From: Gnetum montanum
Taxonomy: Eukaryota; Plantae; Gnetophyta
DNA length: 64,000 nucleotides
Assembly: GCA_015680685.1 (NCBI GenBank)
Contig: MNCI01002249.1
Location: 782,424 to 846,423, forward strand
Direction of reading: 5' to 3'
A program made the position numbers and the translations under genes. The notes beneath the pieces are model-generated. The model was not told the DNA's origin and searched no databases. It saw only the letters and a program-made list of their open reading frames with translations. Numbering within the stretch: the first letter of the stretch is position 1; each line of letters begins with the position of its first letter. Below, one piece after another: positions 13,701-28,700 of the stretch.

Positions 13701-16700
13701 ATGATGAATTAATATGATCTGAAACATCTTCCTTAAAAAGTGCAAGCTATGCATAATACAATATGCACTTGCAAGATTCAAAGTACTTTCCTTCAAACAA
13801 ATTGCCCTCATCTCAAAAGAAGATTTAAGAGACTCAAAATAAAAAGGAAGAAAACAATATTTATTCTGTCTAATCCTACTGAAATGAATTGCAACTCATA
13901 ATGAAATATAATTTGACATGTTTTTTAAAAACAAAAAAAAAACTTAAGAATCACACATGGTCAAGAAAATGGAGACAAGACAGTGGAGTCTTCCGGTATA
14001 AATTTTATTAAATTAAGAAAAAACTTTTACAAAATAGTGCGTAAGGAATGATGAAGGCAACAAAAGTAGATACAGCTAGAAAGAAACATGTAAAAGGACC
14101 TTAGGGTTTGTAACGATATTCAACATCACTAGATTGATGAAAGAAGAGGTAGGCCACAAAGATGATATTGGATGGAATAGTTATAAAACATTTCTTAGGG
14201 TGATAAATGAATAAATATTCATGCTTGGATTGACAAGAATTAAAAAAGAGACTCATGAAACAGAGCTTAAATAAATATCATTGTACTTCAATGAAGAGGT
14301 TGGCTAATGATGATTCTAGTCATTTTTTACCTTTTCTATTTCACTATATTTATTGTCATACTAACAGATCACTATAGACAACTAATGAACATATGACTTT
14401 GAATAACACAAACCTGTATGTTCCGTATGTGAGGAAGACTTGTTGCCTATGTTTTCATTGAAATTATCAGCACATACTTGAATTAGAAAAGGTAACACCA
14501 TATTAAAAATTTCTGGTTTTCCAAAAGCTCTAATGATCTGCGATAAACAACCCATAAGACAATGTTAGAAACACACAAGAACTAGGTAATTCACATTACA
14601 GAACAAAGAATGTATAACATGGAAAATGTTAATGCCAGCATAAGTCATTATCTTTCACATCCAATCATTTTAGCCAGTAGGACTAAAAACAAGTAAAATA
14701 TTTAGAGTATTTTGAATCTAGAATACATGATAAGAATACCACCTGCAGGTTCTGACGGCAAGGTTTCTCTTGCCTTCTACATCAGTCTAATGACATTCTA
14801 GAAGTAGGTCTTCTCTATCAATGTGTGCAATACTGAAATTTTGTATTAAAAGCAAAAAGGAACTAAAAACACCCTTAAAGGTGAAATATTAATGCAAATA
14901 AATACCTTTTCAAGACTGGTAAATGCCATTTCACGGTAAGATGTTATTTTCTTGGAACATGCAGAAATTATTGAACTTAGTATAACCTCTTCATTGACAT
15001 TATCACTGACAGAAGCTTCTGTTGTTATACTGACATGGCATGCTTCAACAAGTGCAGCTGTTGCTTCTAGAATCAACTCCTTTCCCTTTAGATCAAACAT
15101 AGATAATATTTCATGTATAACAGAACGTTCATTCAACAAATAAGATGAAGAAAAGATTCATACATGCATTAGCATTTTATCAGACATTTCGAAATCATTA
15201 GGGCTGAAATAAGCCTTTTAGATTTTACTATTGAAGTATAGTGCATACCTCCCAAATTCTTCCTGGTATTTCCTTTATTGTGATCTTTAGAAGCTCTTGC
15301 ACGTGTGGTGATAATGATGGCCCAAGAGTTTCAGCAAGCATTTTTACTGCTTTAGAAGACTGAAAAACGACATTTAAAAAAAAAGAAAAAAATTTCTTAC
15401 AATGCTTAAATTCCTAGGCATCATTGGCAACGATCATTGGAAGATCAGTCAACACACCTTCTTCTTTCTTGCCCATGATGATGATGTCAAGCTTTCGCAT
15501 AGCATAGAAACTATTTCATGAAGATACAGCTGTAGCGTAATTGATTCACCAGTAGTATTTTCCTCCCACACATCCTCAAACAGTCTGCTGATTTCTTTGT
15601 CATCATTAAACCTGCATAAAAGATACCTCTCTGTAAAGGCACAGAAAGGAAAAGCTTGAAGTAACAACATCCTTATGCTACCGTTCATTCTTTGGGCAAC
15701 ATGCAATTGTTGTATTATCACTTTTCAGTGTTTTGCAAAATTCCATTCTTGATGAAAATGTATTATACTACCTTACATAAAAACAATACGAAACTTGCAA
15801 ACCAGTGTACTGATGAGTGCAGGATTACATGCATAGGCAAAACACTAACAAACACAATCACCATTCTCTAGATAAATCCTAGTCACCATGCAAAGAAATT
15901 AAACTTATAGAAAAATATAATAAAAAATGGGAGTGAGTATAAAAACCTAGCAATGAAGAGCACGGGCAAAACTGTTGTGTGGTATCTCTTAATGACATCT
16001 GAAGCTTCACGAGAAAAGCATTCAAGTAAAATTGCACTGGCAACTTGAATTCCACGATCATCACTGGACCAGTAAAGCTTGATGGCATCATCAACCATCT
16101 TTTCTGCCTGAGATGGAGCAGCATATCTAAGTAGACAGCCACAGGAAGCTGCAAAAGCTCTTTTTGCGGACATACTTCTTTCACCTTCAACAGCTGAAAG
16201 CAAGACTCTTGCAAAGGTAGTAACAAATGGCTTTATGTCTGAACCAACCTTCTGAACAAGCAACCCAATGAACCTTGCAACACCTACTCTGTCATCCACA
16301 AGGAACTGGAGCATTAATACATTGTTGCAAAATCAATTTCACGGTTAGCAAATTTTTCACCACAGAAGCCATAAAACTATCAAAATTTTCAAACTAGCAA
16401 ATTTCAAAAATAGCATATGGGATCATTCTATAAGATTCCACTTACTCTGTAATCAACAAGCAATATTGTTATTTTAAATGAAAAAACAATTCCAGACCAA
16501 CAAGACACAACCTTCTAACAGATAGAAACAAAACTAAAGAAAAAGTGAGAATGCACTAAAAAGTAATTAACTGTAGGTGCAAGAAAGTGAACTTATTGAA
16601 GCAAAAATAGTGATCCCTAACCATATTCACAATGTTCTTTAAAATTTTGTTTTATTTGTGAAAGACATGTTCTTGACGATACCTTGTGTTCAGACCAACA

Positions 16701-19700
16701 CCTGTACGAACAAGTTGAACAAGACGCGGAACCACTAATGGCAAAGTAGAGTCATCGATATATTTCAGGGAAAAATCAAGAGTTTCCCACATGGGAGAAT
16801 CTTTTGCAATAGCAATTCGTAAGCTCTGGAACTTCTCTTTCTTTATGCCCACATTATCTGCATGCAACTGCAGAAATGCATAAAAAGAGAAAGCTATGTT
16901 TACATCAGCAATCACTTTCAAAACACTGAAAAGCATAACAGGGGTTTGGAATGATAAAGCAAAAGCTGTTAAACAACAAAAATTTAAATATATTAAATTT
17001 AGAGGGAAAAATCCTTTGAATTACTTATCAATAATAAAGACAATGTAGAAAAATACCTCTGCATAATTAAGGTTCGGATCCTCCAGACTTGAAAGACTTT
17101 CTAGCATGCAGGACACAAGGTCTGGCAAATGGGGACGAATCACATCACCTGAAACCTAGATAAATACACTGAATGTTAAATACAAGCAATATGATAACAT
17201 AAATAGTATCACAACAGTTGTCATATAATTGGAAATTTAAAAAACTCAGCTGATACATGCTAACTATCAAATATATAACATAATGAATTCACAGTATACA
17301 TATCCTGATATTTTAGGCTAGTAATTAGAACACTTCATTATAATGCAAAAAAGTTTTGAAGAGCAGCTTCACATGCCAAATTCTATTTCAAGAAATGATT
17401 TACATTGATCATCAGTCAGTAGAGCAGAGCAATTCGAACTATTTTCTTCCTTCTCTTCTAAAAAAACAACTAACCTTTGAAAGTTTCACTACCATATTTA
17501 TGGCCACCTTCTGAACAGTATTGACTTTGCTGATTATTCCATCAGAAAGCATAAATGGCAAAACAATGGAAATGGCAGCCATTGCTTCAGTGTTGAAAGT
17601 AAGTGATGAGTCACATAGCCTTGAACTGAGAGTCTCTACAGCTCGACAGAGTCGCTCCCCAGCTATACGGACACTTTCTTTTATGTCATCCATGGCTCTG
17701 AATGTTGCAATCCAGATTCGCTTCAAATATTTATCCACCTAAAAAATTATGATACACAATGCAAATTTTATTTTGAGGAATAAGCAGAAAAATGAACAGC
17801 AGTGCAGCGTAATCATCCTAATTTGACTGTCAATGTTAGAATTTGATTTAAGATGCATATAGGAAGGAAGTCAATTTCATAGTACATAGATTTTCTTTTT
17901 GTCATTTTCACAATACAAGATTTTGAACTTAGTATGTGGGCAAGGACTGTTAAGCTATCAGCTATAGCTTGTTACAGCTAAGATGTTCAAAGGGATGCCT
18001 TGAAACTGCAAAATATTTGAAAGGATCAGAGGATTTATTCATCTAGAAATACCTCGTATTTTCATAGAAAAACCCTACAACATGAAGACAAATCTCCAGC
18101 TAGTTTCTCCCAAATGGCCTGGGATATTTCAAACTCTAGCAGTTCTTAAAACTAAATGCATTTATCCATTTCTTCTACATCAATATGACAATTTTTTCCC
18201 TGAGTATTTCCTTCTAGAGGAAAATGTCAAAAACACAAAATAGGGCAGTTGCCCATAAGCAACAAAACCTGATTGAACTTTCGCCCTTGAAGAAGATCAG
18301 CAAGAGCAAGGCATGATGATTCACGAGCACGCCATAATCTGGAACCAATCTGAGTCAACATTTCCTCAATTACATCATCCCAATATTCATCAATGACTTT
18401 CTTAGGCTCGGCTACAAGAGAGCGCCAAATATGACCCATCGCATCCTACATACATACATACATATCAATTACATAGCGTTAAAATAGTTACCATCCTATA
18501 AAGTAACACAACTATGCCATCCTAAATTGCAATATCGGATAAACAAAAAGAGGCATTTGAGAATAATTCCACTAGAATAAACAAGAGCATAAGTGAAATG
18601 CAAATTCTACAAATCAAAACACAAGATTTTGATCAACTACAGTTCTAGTTATGCAAAAAAAAAAAGCAGAAAGTACAGTATTTTATTACTTCCATGTGGA
18701 GACCACAAAACACAGTATAAACTGTTAGTCTTAAACTTGTGACCTCTGAGATGCATGTCGCAACTCTTGCCAGCAAGCTAAACCTCTGGGATGCTGGCTG
18801 TTATTTTAAAAATCTAATAGATACTGATTCTGTCAACTATTAGTTCAGCTAATATCAAAACACTTGTCCTAATAAAAGAGTACAAAATAAGCCATGTTTT
18901 ACTACTAAAAAATGATGGATATTTTATGATAAATCTCTACCTTAATTATTGAAAAGAAAGAAATAAGACTGAACCTGTAAATGAATTACTCCAGCTTAAA
19001 TATTTTTTTTAAAAGTCCCATCACACTAATTTATAATTTGATTAATAAAACCCAAAACAAATCATACAGAAAACAAAAGAAATGGTTAAACTCTATCATG
19101 TCCAATAGATCCTTTGGGTCTCCACATAAACATGACATAAACAACTTCATTGTACTAAGTCATTTGACACAAAGGTTTACACTGCCCAACTTCCAAAGAT
19201 GTGCATTGAAGCAGGTGTCACTCCTAATTATGACCCACCCCGCATACTGCCATCTACCTATGTAGCTGGTACATCAAGGAACCAGCTCATATGAATAGTG
19301 TTCTTGTTTCTATTAAATTCTAAAAACGCGAACTCATATTCAGTTTGCGGCCTTCAATATGAGACACGGCCTTGCATGATATGGATACTTTTGACCTTTC
19401 ATCACCACATTATTTTAGGGCAAAGAGTAAAATGAAAATATTTTGCATGTAGTTGATTTTACATTTCCTTGCATACAAAAATGTTAGCTAAGATGATGTG
19501 ACATAAAGATAAGAACAACATTATTCCAGAAGCAATTTCTAATATCAATAATGTACATAGTTGCTCAAAGTTTTTGGTTACAAACAGAAGACATATAATT
19601 GTTAATTCATTATTATAATTTGAAGCTAATCACAACCTGAATCATTTTATCTGGATCATACTGATACCGGAGAAGCTTTGGCACCAAGGTACGCAAATAA

Positions 19701-22700
19701 GGCATAAGTGCATCTCCAGAATGCTTTGCAATCCTTGAGAACCCGAAAGCAGCCCCACGCTTGGAGTTCATCATTGCCTGGTAATTGGCCAAGTCCATGA
19801 ATTTATAAATCAAATTCGGTTGACCCATCTCAGTTGCAAGACTGCACAACTCCTTATACGTGCTTAGCTTGCCGCCACCAGGTCTTTCTCCAATCGTACC
19901 ATCCTCAAAAACTTCAGAGTCTTCCTCCAACTATTCAAATCATCGACCAGTTGATCATAAGAAAAGGATCGTAAATATCTACTGTAGAATAAATAATCAT
20001 TTTTAAAAAACAGATAGTTTTCACTGAGATATTAACCAAAACGCTGCCAATAAACATTGTGATCTCAGAAATTTGCCATTGTCAAGACTTGCCTTTACAT
20101 GTCGCTTCCTCTTTGTGCCAGTCAATGTATTAACGAGGGCCTTTACCAGTTCATTCTTCATAGAAGAGTTACCAAGGTCATAGACAATGCTCATTCCCCT
20201 TGAAGCAACCTCTTGTGTTGTTTCATTCTGATCTCCTAGCAAATATGAAAAGGCTTCCTGCAAAGTTCAATTAATATTACCTTGAAATAATGAAATACTA
20301 AGAAATTACAAGATGTTCTAATGGTACTGAGAATGTCATCCTCCCCATGCATACAAACAAATGCTAAAACTGAAACTGAAACTGAACTTTGTTCCTTGTA
20401 TCCACTAAGACCCTTTGGATCTATCAGACCAGTTCAGAATTCCTTTTACGAAATTTGTTTTTTTTTTTAATTTATAACTCAATGCTGCCTAGTGGAATTG
20501 AACCTGTGACTTGGAATCACCAAGCCAAGACTCTTGCCACTATGCTAACACCTCATTAAAGTAATAAAGCAAGCAGGCAAAAGCACAAGTATGCACGTTT
20601 TAAACGTAAACTCTACCAGACACAACCACATGGACATACATTGTTAGGCCATTTATCAAAAAGGAATTTGTCCATGTATAACAAGAATTGTTACCTACCC
20701 ATTCCTCCTGAAGTTTGTCAGAGAGAATTTTCTACAAATATACCACCTTGTTCTGCATTTTTAATCAAAGATTGTATCTTCACAATATTTCTTGAGCTAT
20801 GCATGGCAATTACAGATATTGAAGGAATTAAGCTAATAGCACAGAACTTCCGTTTTACTCTGATCCTAAGTTCAGATGTTTCCCTATTAATATTGTCTCA
20901 GCAAAAAAGCAATGACACCGACAAGCAATGTACTGCTTGAATATGGATGGGATACAAGATACAGTGGAAAATGGCATTTTAGTCAATATGCCTTGATACT
21001 TCTAATATCTAGATCAACCATAAATGTTATTCTAGGTACACAGTACAATGAATAAGCAAAACCAATAAGATACATTTGCAATGAAGCCATAAATTGTTTA
21101 CATCTTCCTTCACTATCATTGTTGAGCTTTCACACGATAGTTTGAACTTTCTTTCATTCAAAATTATTTAAAAAAGAAAAAAAGAAAAAAAAAAACATCT
21201 CCTAATATCAGGAGGGAGAAGTTAATGGTAGGAAAAAGGAATTGCAGGAAAGAAGATGAAGCAGGTATCACCTGATGTTTGAACATGTAAACTGATGTCA
21301 CATGAACGGGTAATGCTAGGGTAAAAATCTCCCATCATTAAGGGGAGTGTTCCAAACATTAGGTTAAGAATAACGAACATTGATGGAAACCTCTTAAAAG
21401 TTGTCAGACTGTATACTGTTGTAAGGTCCGTAAATTTTGATTAATATGTCCAACTGTGAAATGCTAGGATCAATTACATGACACTTCAAATAGCCACAAC
21501 CGTCCAAGAGACCAAGACTAAAATACATGAGAAATAGCCAATGAAATAATCCTAATATTTCTAGGCAAAGCGAGATATACACAATTGCAAGAACAATTTA
21601 TATAAAGATTTTCCTTTGTCAGTTGTGAATTCAAGTTTTTTATCTTTTATTGATGATGCTTCAATTTTCAAAATTATTAATAGATTCTAAGCCAGATAGT
21701 CGTAGTAACATAACACAGGAAATCTGCAGAATTCCAACAAATTATATTGGGTAACAAAAGCTGATTTGTGGCTGTACCGGAGCCACATTGAAGATTTCCA
21801 ATTAAACAAACCCAGGAATATCCATATAACTGCAACCTCAATCACAAATATTGATTTGGGGACAAGGGTAAGTTGTGTTCAAGTGCCCAATGATAAATAT
21901 TATGGAATAGCATATAAACAATAAACAATAGCTTTGATCATCATATGATAAATACGGTGGCTTGGTCAATTATTGGATTTGTGTGTTGTCTTTCATAGAA
22001 TATAAATAAGGGGACTGCCACTTGCAGTAACAGTGAGGTGCTTGTTTTTCAAGTTAGAAGACCTGAATTTGAGTCTGGGCACAGCTACTCAAAAGAGGTT
22101 AGGCTTTTGCTCATCCAACAACCCTCCCAGGACCCAACGCACCATTGAGGGAAGAGCATCGAGTGTCTGGGTAATGAAAAAAACTCATAGAATATAATTA
22201 ATTCAACCATGGGTTTTGACATTTATCATGAGATCACAGAAAAAATATTCAATATGTAACATGAAAATAGAATAGAAAACTAAAAATTGAATCACTAATT
22301 CATTAGTAGACAAAGTATTGCTATGAGTTACATTAAATGCATCTATACCTGAATTTCAGGAAGCAGTTTCTTTAGCTTTTGATGGCCTCCACAATAGGTG
22401 ACTAATGATAACAACCAAATGGACCCTGCCAAGCGCTCCTCCTTTCTGCTACTGTATAGCAGTTCATGAAATAATTTATTTATTATTTTCTCTTTAGCAT
22501 CACCATGAATATCTTCAGAGGCATTATTCTCTATCGTCGTACTATCAGTAGATTCATAGGAAGTAATTTCATCCATCAGATAATTTGAAGTCATTGAAAG
22601 AGAAGTGTAGCTTGACTTAAGTATTTCATCAATGGTGATAGGAATCACACCCCATATGAATGCAAAAGCTTCTCCAGTAGAGAATAGCACATCTTCAACC

Positions 22701-25700
22701 TGTGAATTTCCAGACCAGGCTTTCTTAATACAGCTCAAAACAGTTGTGTCTACACAGATTTCTCTATAGCTCAGTCAAAAATAGTTTTTTAAATGAAGTA
22801 ATATTTGTCAGACGGTATCATGCTACATCAGAGTATGATGATAAATTATAAAATGGAACAGAATTCAGTATACCTTTGATCTGCTAAGACTAAAAAGCAG
22901 ATCGAGTACCCTGTCTGCAAGTTTGGAAGACCTATCACCGTAACATATATGACCACAGGCAACTACAATCTTTTGGACAACCTTGATATCATCAGAAGAA
23001 AGCAGCTCTTTAAAACGTGCAATTATACTGTCTACGGATGCATGCACATGCTCTAAATTAATTACTGGCTCTGTTGAACTTTCAATCATTTTATTATCAT
23101 TTTTCACAATCAGATCCCTACTTTTAGTGCCTTCAGAAGATCTTTGCAAATGAAACTCAGACTTAGAAAACAAGGCTCCACGTAAACCAATATGGCCCAG
23201 TGCCTCTGCAGCAGCTGCAGCCAAAGGCAAATTCAAAGACATAAGAACATCCACCAAAGATCGTAAACATTCCTCCATTAATGTGTTTGAAACCTGTTTA
23301 TAATGGGTAAGAAAAAGAAAAAAATTAGAAACATTAGGCACACCCATTAAATGAATTCTTCAATCAACATAATGATAAATAGATTATTAGCACATACAAA
23401 AAGTATTTCCTACAGGAAGTTTGATAGTACCACGGTAACACCCATAGGTGATAAGATAAAGGAAACTTGTCTCAGATGGTTTGGTTTGGTCATGTGCAGA
23501 CACGACTGAAGACAACATCTATTAAAAAAAGTTTGCCTAACTGAAGTAGAGAGAAAACAACAAAGAGGAAAACAGTAACATACTTGGTTCACAAAATCCA
23601 GATCTAATTGGGAAGTCAGGGACCAGATAAAAAAAGTCAGACAAATCAAACATTAAGTGAGTTGAAATTATTTTTTCATGTTTTCTTTCTACCCAGAGGC
23701 TCAATGTTCATATACCAAGCAGGATCCCAGGAGACTTGGTAGATGAGTAAGAGCCTAACCTCTTCATATATAAAAAAAGAAAAACAAATGGAAGCTTTTA
23801 CACCAAATTTTTTTTTTCCATCCATAGCTCACATATTATTTCTTTGCAAGATGTTTTGAATCATACTAGATTCATCATTAGTTGCAACTAACTTCTCAAA
23901 AATTAGAGAGAATAAATAGCATTGCAACTAATAGTTAGTTGAGATGTAGCAGGTAATTATTAGTTATAATACAATAAAAATGGATAGCTTCAGGAAAATT
24001 AAAACAATTATTAACAAAAAAAATAATTAAAATCAAGAAAAAAGGTAAATCAAAAGAAGTAAAAAAATCAAGCAAACAAAAAATAGTAGCATAATGATAT
24101 TTCAGTCATAATGGAACTCACAACTGCTTACATATAACAATTTCTTTTTTGTTTTAATAACAAAATTTTCTAAATAAAATAGTTCTATTGTGCAATTGAA
24201 TGGATTGATATTATTGATTTATACATTTCTTATGGCCAATTGTTAGGCTGGACAAGTCCATTGATGAACAGCATCTGATATATTATTATGGTCTGAGAAA
24301 AAATCAGAATCTGATCAGTAAATCAAGGGAAAATCAAACCTATACATTGTATCAAAGGAATCTTCCATAGATATTTGTTGTTACTGTTTGCTTTTCATGG
24401 TTGTCTTTTATCACCAATAGTCCAGCGAAAATCTGATTATGGTTATGGTGTTTTATGCTAATTAGAAATGCTTTTTCATTGATATCATGAATATGTGTAG
24501 AGATTGCTGTATTGTTTTGTATTTTAATTTGCAATTTTCCAGATACATGAATAATATGTTTTCCTTGAGTTTAACTTCCTTATGAAGGATTACATTTTCG
24601 CTGTGGATAATATAACACTACCACGTGAAGTGATTGAATTAACTAGCTTTTTGCTAAGATAGATGGTTGCAAATATGATTTTAAGTTTTAGATGTTTTCA
24701 CTTTTGTACTGCACCTTGGATGCATAGTGTAGTAAGAGATGTCAATTGTCATATTGGCATTCTCTTCTTGCTAGATCCTTGGGCTTTTTCTTGCATCATA
24801 CAATTTTCTTTGTTATGCTCTACTTTAAATGATAGTTGTCTGTGCTGGTCTATATACAAGTTGAATTTCTGCTAATTGATCAACTATTTGGAAATAAGAA
24901 AGAAAAGTTTACCCTTGCATTTTCAACCAGCTTGTTGGGGCTTTGAGTGTTAACTCTTGCTTTCTATGGATGGGTGTTACACAAAGGAGACATGGTGGTG
25001 GAATAATGAACTGCAACACGCTATCCAAAATAAGAAAAAATGCTTTAAGAAATGGCAGCAAAGCAGTAGCCAGGAAAACAAGCTAATATACAAAATCACA
25101 AAGGAGGCAACAATAGCAGTAGCCAAAGCCAAACATAAGGCCTTTGATAGCTTTTATGAGAAATTAGGAACAAAAGGAGAAAAATCTATTTATAAATTGG
25201 CAAAAATCAAAAACAAAAAATATAAGGACATTGATCATGTCAAATGTATCAAGGAAGCAGATGAAAGAATTTTGGTAAAAGACGATGAAATTTTGGATAG
25301 GTGGAACAATTATTTTCAAGAATTATTAAATGAAGAATTCCCAAGAGAAGACATCCAAGAAGAAGAACCAAATTTTGGTTTGGTTAATGACCTTTCCTTC
25401 TCTGAGGTAAAGTTAGCCTTATCAAAGATGAAAAATAGAAAAGTTGTTGAACCAAATAACATTCTTATAGAAGCTTGGAAAGCATTGGGAGATACAGGAG
25501 TTTTTTGGCAAACACAATTATTTAACAAAATTTTTAAAGATGGAGAAATGTCCAACAATTGGAGAAAAAGGTTTTTCATTCCCATTTAGAAAAAAAACAA
25601 TGGAAATGTACAAAATTGTGCCAACTATAGAAGGATTAAACTATTCAACCATATTATGAAGCTTTGGGAGGCAGTCATAGAGCAGCATATCAAACTTGAA

Positions 25701-28700
25701 TCAACAATATCAGAAAATCAATTTGGGTTTATGCTAGGGAGATCTACTATAGAGGCTATTTTTTTTTATACAACAATTGATGAAGAAATTCAAAAAACAT
25801 AGGCAAAATCTACATATAATCTTCATTGACTTGGAAAAAGCAAATGACAGAGTACCTAGAGATATTACTTGGTGAGCCTTACAAAGGAAAAACACCCCTA
25901 ATAAATATACTAAAGTGATTCAAGACATGTCTGAAGGAGCTACCACTAAAATTAGAATAGCTTGTGGAACAATATATGATTTTCCAATCACAATAGATCT
26001 ACATCAAGGGTCTGCACTTAGATCATACTTATTTGCCATTATTATGGATGAATTAACTGTTATAATCGGAAGCGAGGGTGGGAAACAGACGCAGGAACAG
26101 ACACAGGAGTGTGGGAAACAGCCAGATGGAGTGTGAGAAGCAACAGGTTAAGCTGCAGGAGCAGCCGCAAGAACAAACGCAAGAGGGTGGGAAACAGCCA
26201 GAGCAGTCAAGAGTCACCGGAGCACCAACGGGTGACAGTGAGGGTCAGAGGAACGGAGGGACAGAAACTCAGAGGGACGACGGCAAAGGCTAGAGGAATG
26301 GAGGGACAAAAGCACAGCCAGACGGAGGAGTACGTAAACGCAATGGATTGGCCCGCAGGGAAGATGGGAGGCATGCGCCCGATGGAAACATCGAGGCCCA
26401 CCCTTGGGCTGACCATACCCTACGCCTCCGGGTCAACAAGCCCCCACTAGACGGAGTCCGCACAATGCAACGGAGTCTCATTGGCCACTTTGTCTCCCAA
26501 GGCGCATGCCCGTGGCTGGACTTAATCCGCCGGTGGGCACAAGAACAGTGGAAGGTGGGCTTGGTGGGTGTTTGGAGTTTGTCCGAGGACCTACTCCTGT
26601 TCATCTTCCCATCTCAACAAACCAAGGACTCGGTGCTGCTTGGAGGCCCGTGGTTTTACGGGGCTCGGGGGCTGGCTTTGACCCCATGGCACCCCAGGGC
26701 CCATCGCAAGACTGACCTATTTGCCCGGGCCTCGGTATGGATGTGGGTATCCAGGATCCCATGGGAACTATGGAACTTGGAGTTCTTGAAGAAATCACAG
26801 GTTTCTTCGGAGACCTCATCGCCTTTGACCACGTCACGCAGTCGATGGAACGAATGGGGTTCGCCCGCTTCTGCATCTGGTGCAGGCTATCGAATAAGGA
26901 CCTCATCAGGAAGGTCATGTTGGAACTCCCTAGCAAGGAGGAAAGCCTTTAGGTCAAATTTGAGAACCTGGAAGATGAACCAGGCCTCAAATGCAAAACG
27001 ATGGCCCAAGAGGGCAAAATCGACGATTGTGTGTGTTGCGGGAAGCCCAGACACCAAGAGGCGAACTATTGAATCCAGAGGACGTGGCAACTACGGCCAC
27101 GAGCCCAAGCCAGGCAGCTGTTCGAGGGGGGTGTTGGGGTCACAATGGGTCGCAAGGGCTAGCTGCACCCATCATCTGACCGAATNNNNNNNNNNNNNNN
27201 NNNNNNNNNNNNNNNNNNNNNNNNNNNNNNNNNNNNNNNNNNNNNNNNNNNNNNNNNNNNNNNNNNNNNNNNNNNNNNNNNNNNNNNNNNNNNNNNNNNN
27301 NNNNNNNNNNNNNNNNNNNNNNNNNNNNNNNNNNNNNNNNNNNNNNNNNNNNNNNNNNGTTAAAGGGAGCACTAGGACCCGTCGACTACAAGAGAAGGAA
27401 CCCACACCCAAGGAATCCGGGTGTAGCCCAGTGGTGCAGGACGGATAGAGCCAACCTGGACGACCAAGTGAGAGCCAATCCCAGGGCAGACAGGCCCAAC
27501 AGAATATTGATTTGGGATTGCCTCCAAAAGACCAAGTTGCAAGCAATGGAATCGTACCTTCTCCAATGGGAAGGTTGGAATACCCACGTGCACCCTTGCA
27601 TGGGCTGGGCAGGTGGCCTCGCAATTTTGGCCCGCTACGCCATGATGCTCATGGACACATCACAATGGGCCATGACTGTTTAGATCCCCTCCCAAAGGAT
27701 TTGGTTGACCAACTTCTACAGGGCGCAAAATTAGGAGTAGCAACTGCAAGAGCTGAACCGCGTGGCGGCACTGGTGCCAGACCACCGATCATGGATGGTT
27801 GTGGGGGACTTCAACCAGCGCCTACACTNNNNNNNNNNNNNNNNNNNNNNNNNNNCCACCGGGCACGCAAGAGTTCCAAGATTTTCTAACAACCCACTCC
27901 CTGGTGGACCTACCTATTGAGAACTGCCAGTTCACATGGAGCAATTGGAGGAAAGGCCCAAACTGTGTCCTCTCCCGAATTGATCAGCTCTGCATCAACT
28001 CCGACCTCCTCCTCGGTTCCGTCATGCATGTTTCAGGGCAGGAAAGAGCCGCCTCAGATCATCGCTCGCTGGTTTGTTCACTCGGGCCGAAAAAGCCCTG
28101 GGCCCCACGGCCCTTCCACTTTGAGGCCACCTGGTTATCTAAGCCATGGTTGAGGCCGTTGGTTGAGGACATTTGGGCAGACTACCCTCCTGGCCAAGAT
28201 AATCCCCGAAACTTCCTTAAGAAGACTTTGCTTCAACTGAAGTGGGCCATCCAGGCTCTCCCAGTGGAGGATAAATTCTCCTTTAGGATGGGTCAAAGGG
28301 CACTCCGGGATCAGCTTGGTCGGATACAGACCCAACAGGAAGCTGGGGAGGATTTACACGAGGAGGAGCAGCACATTCTGCATCAACCTCAAAGCCTTAA
28401 CTTGGAAGAGGAGACATACTGGCAACAGCGCTCCCGAGACAGATGGCTTTGAGAAGGGGATAGGCAAACAAATATTTTTTTTTGCCATCGCTAAGACACA
28501 TGGAGGGGGCCAACCACACTGTCTACGCAACCAAGATGGGGAGATTATCAATGACCCGCAGAAAATCGCAAGCGAGCTGACGCAATACTGGGGGAGGATC
28601 TAAGCCAAGCGATCTACCAAGCCCATCTTGGTCCAAGTGGCACAGGTGCTGAACTTGGAAGACAACACGCGGTTGTTGGCCCCCTTCTCGTGGCAAGAAC

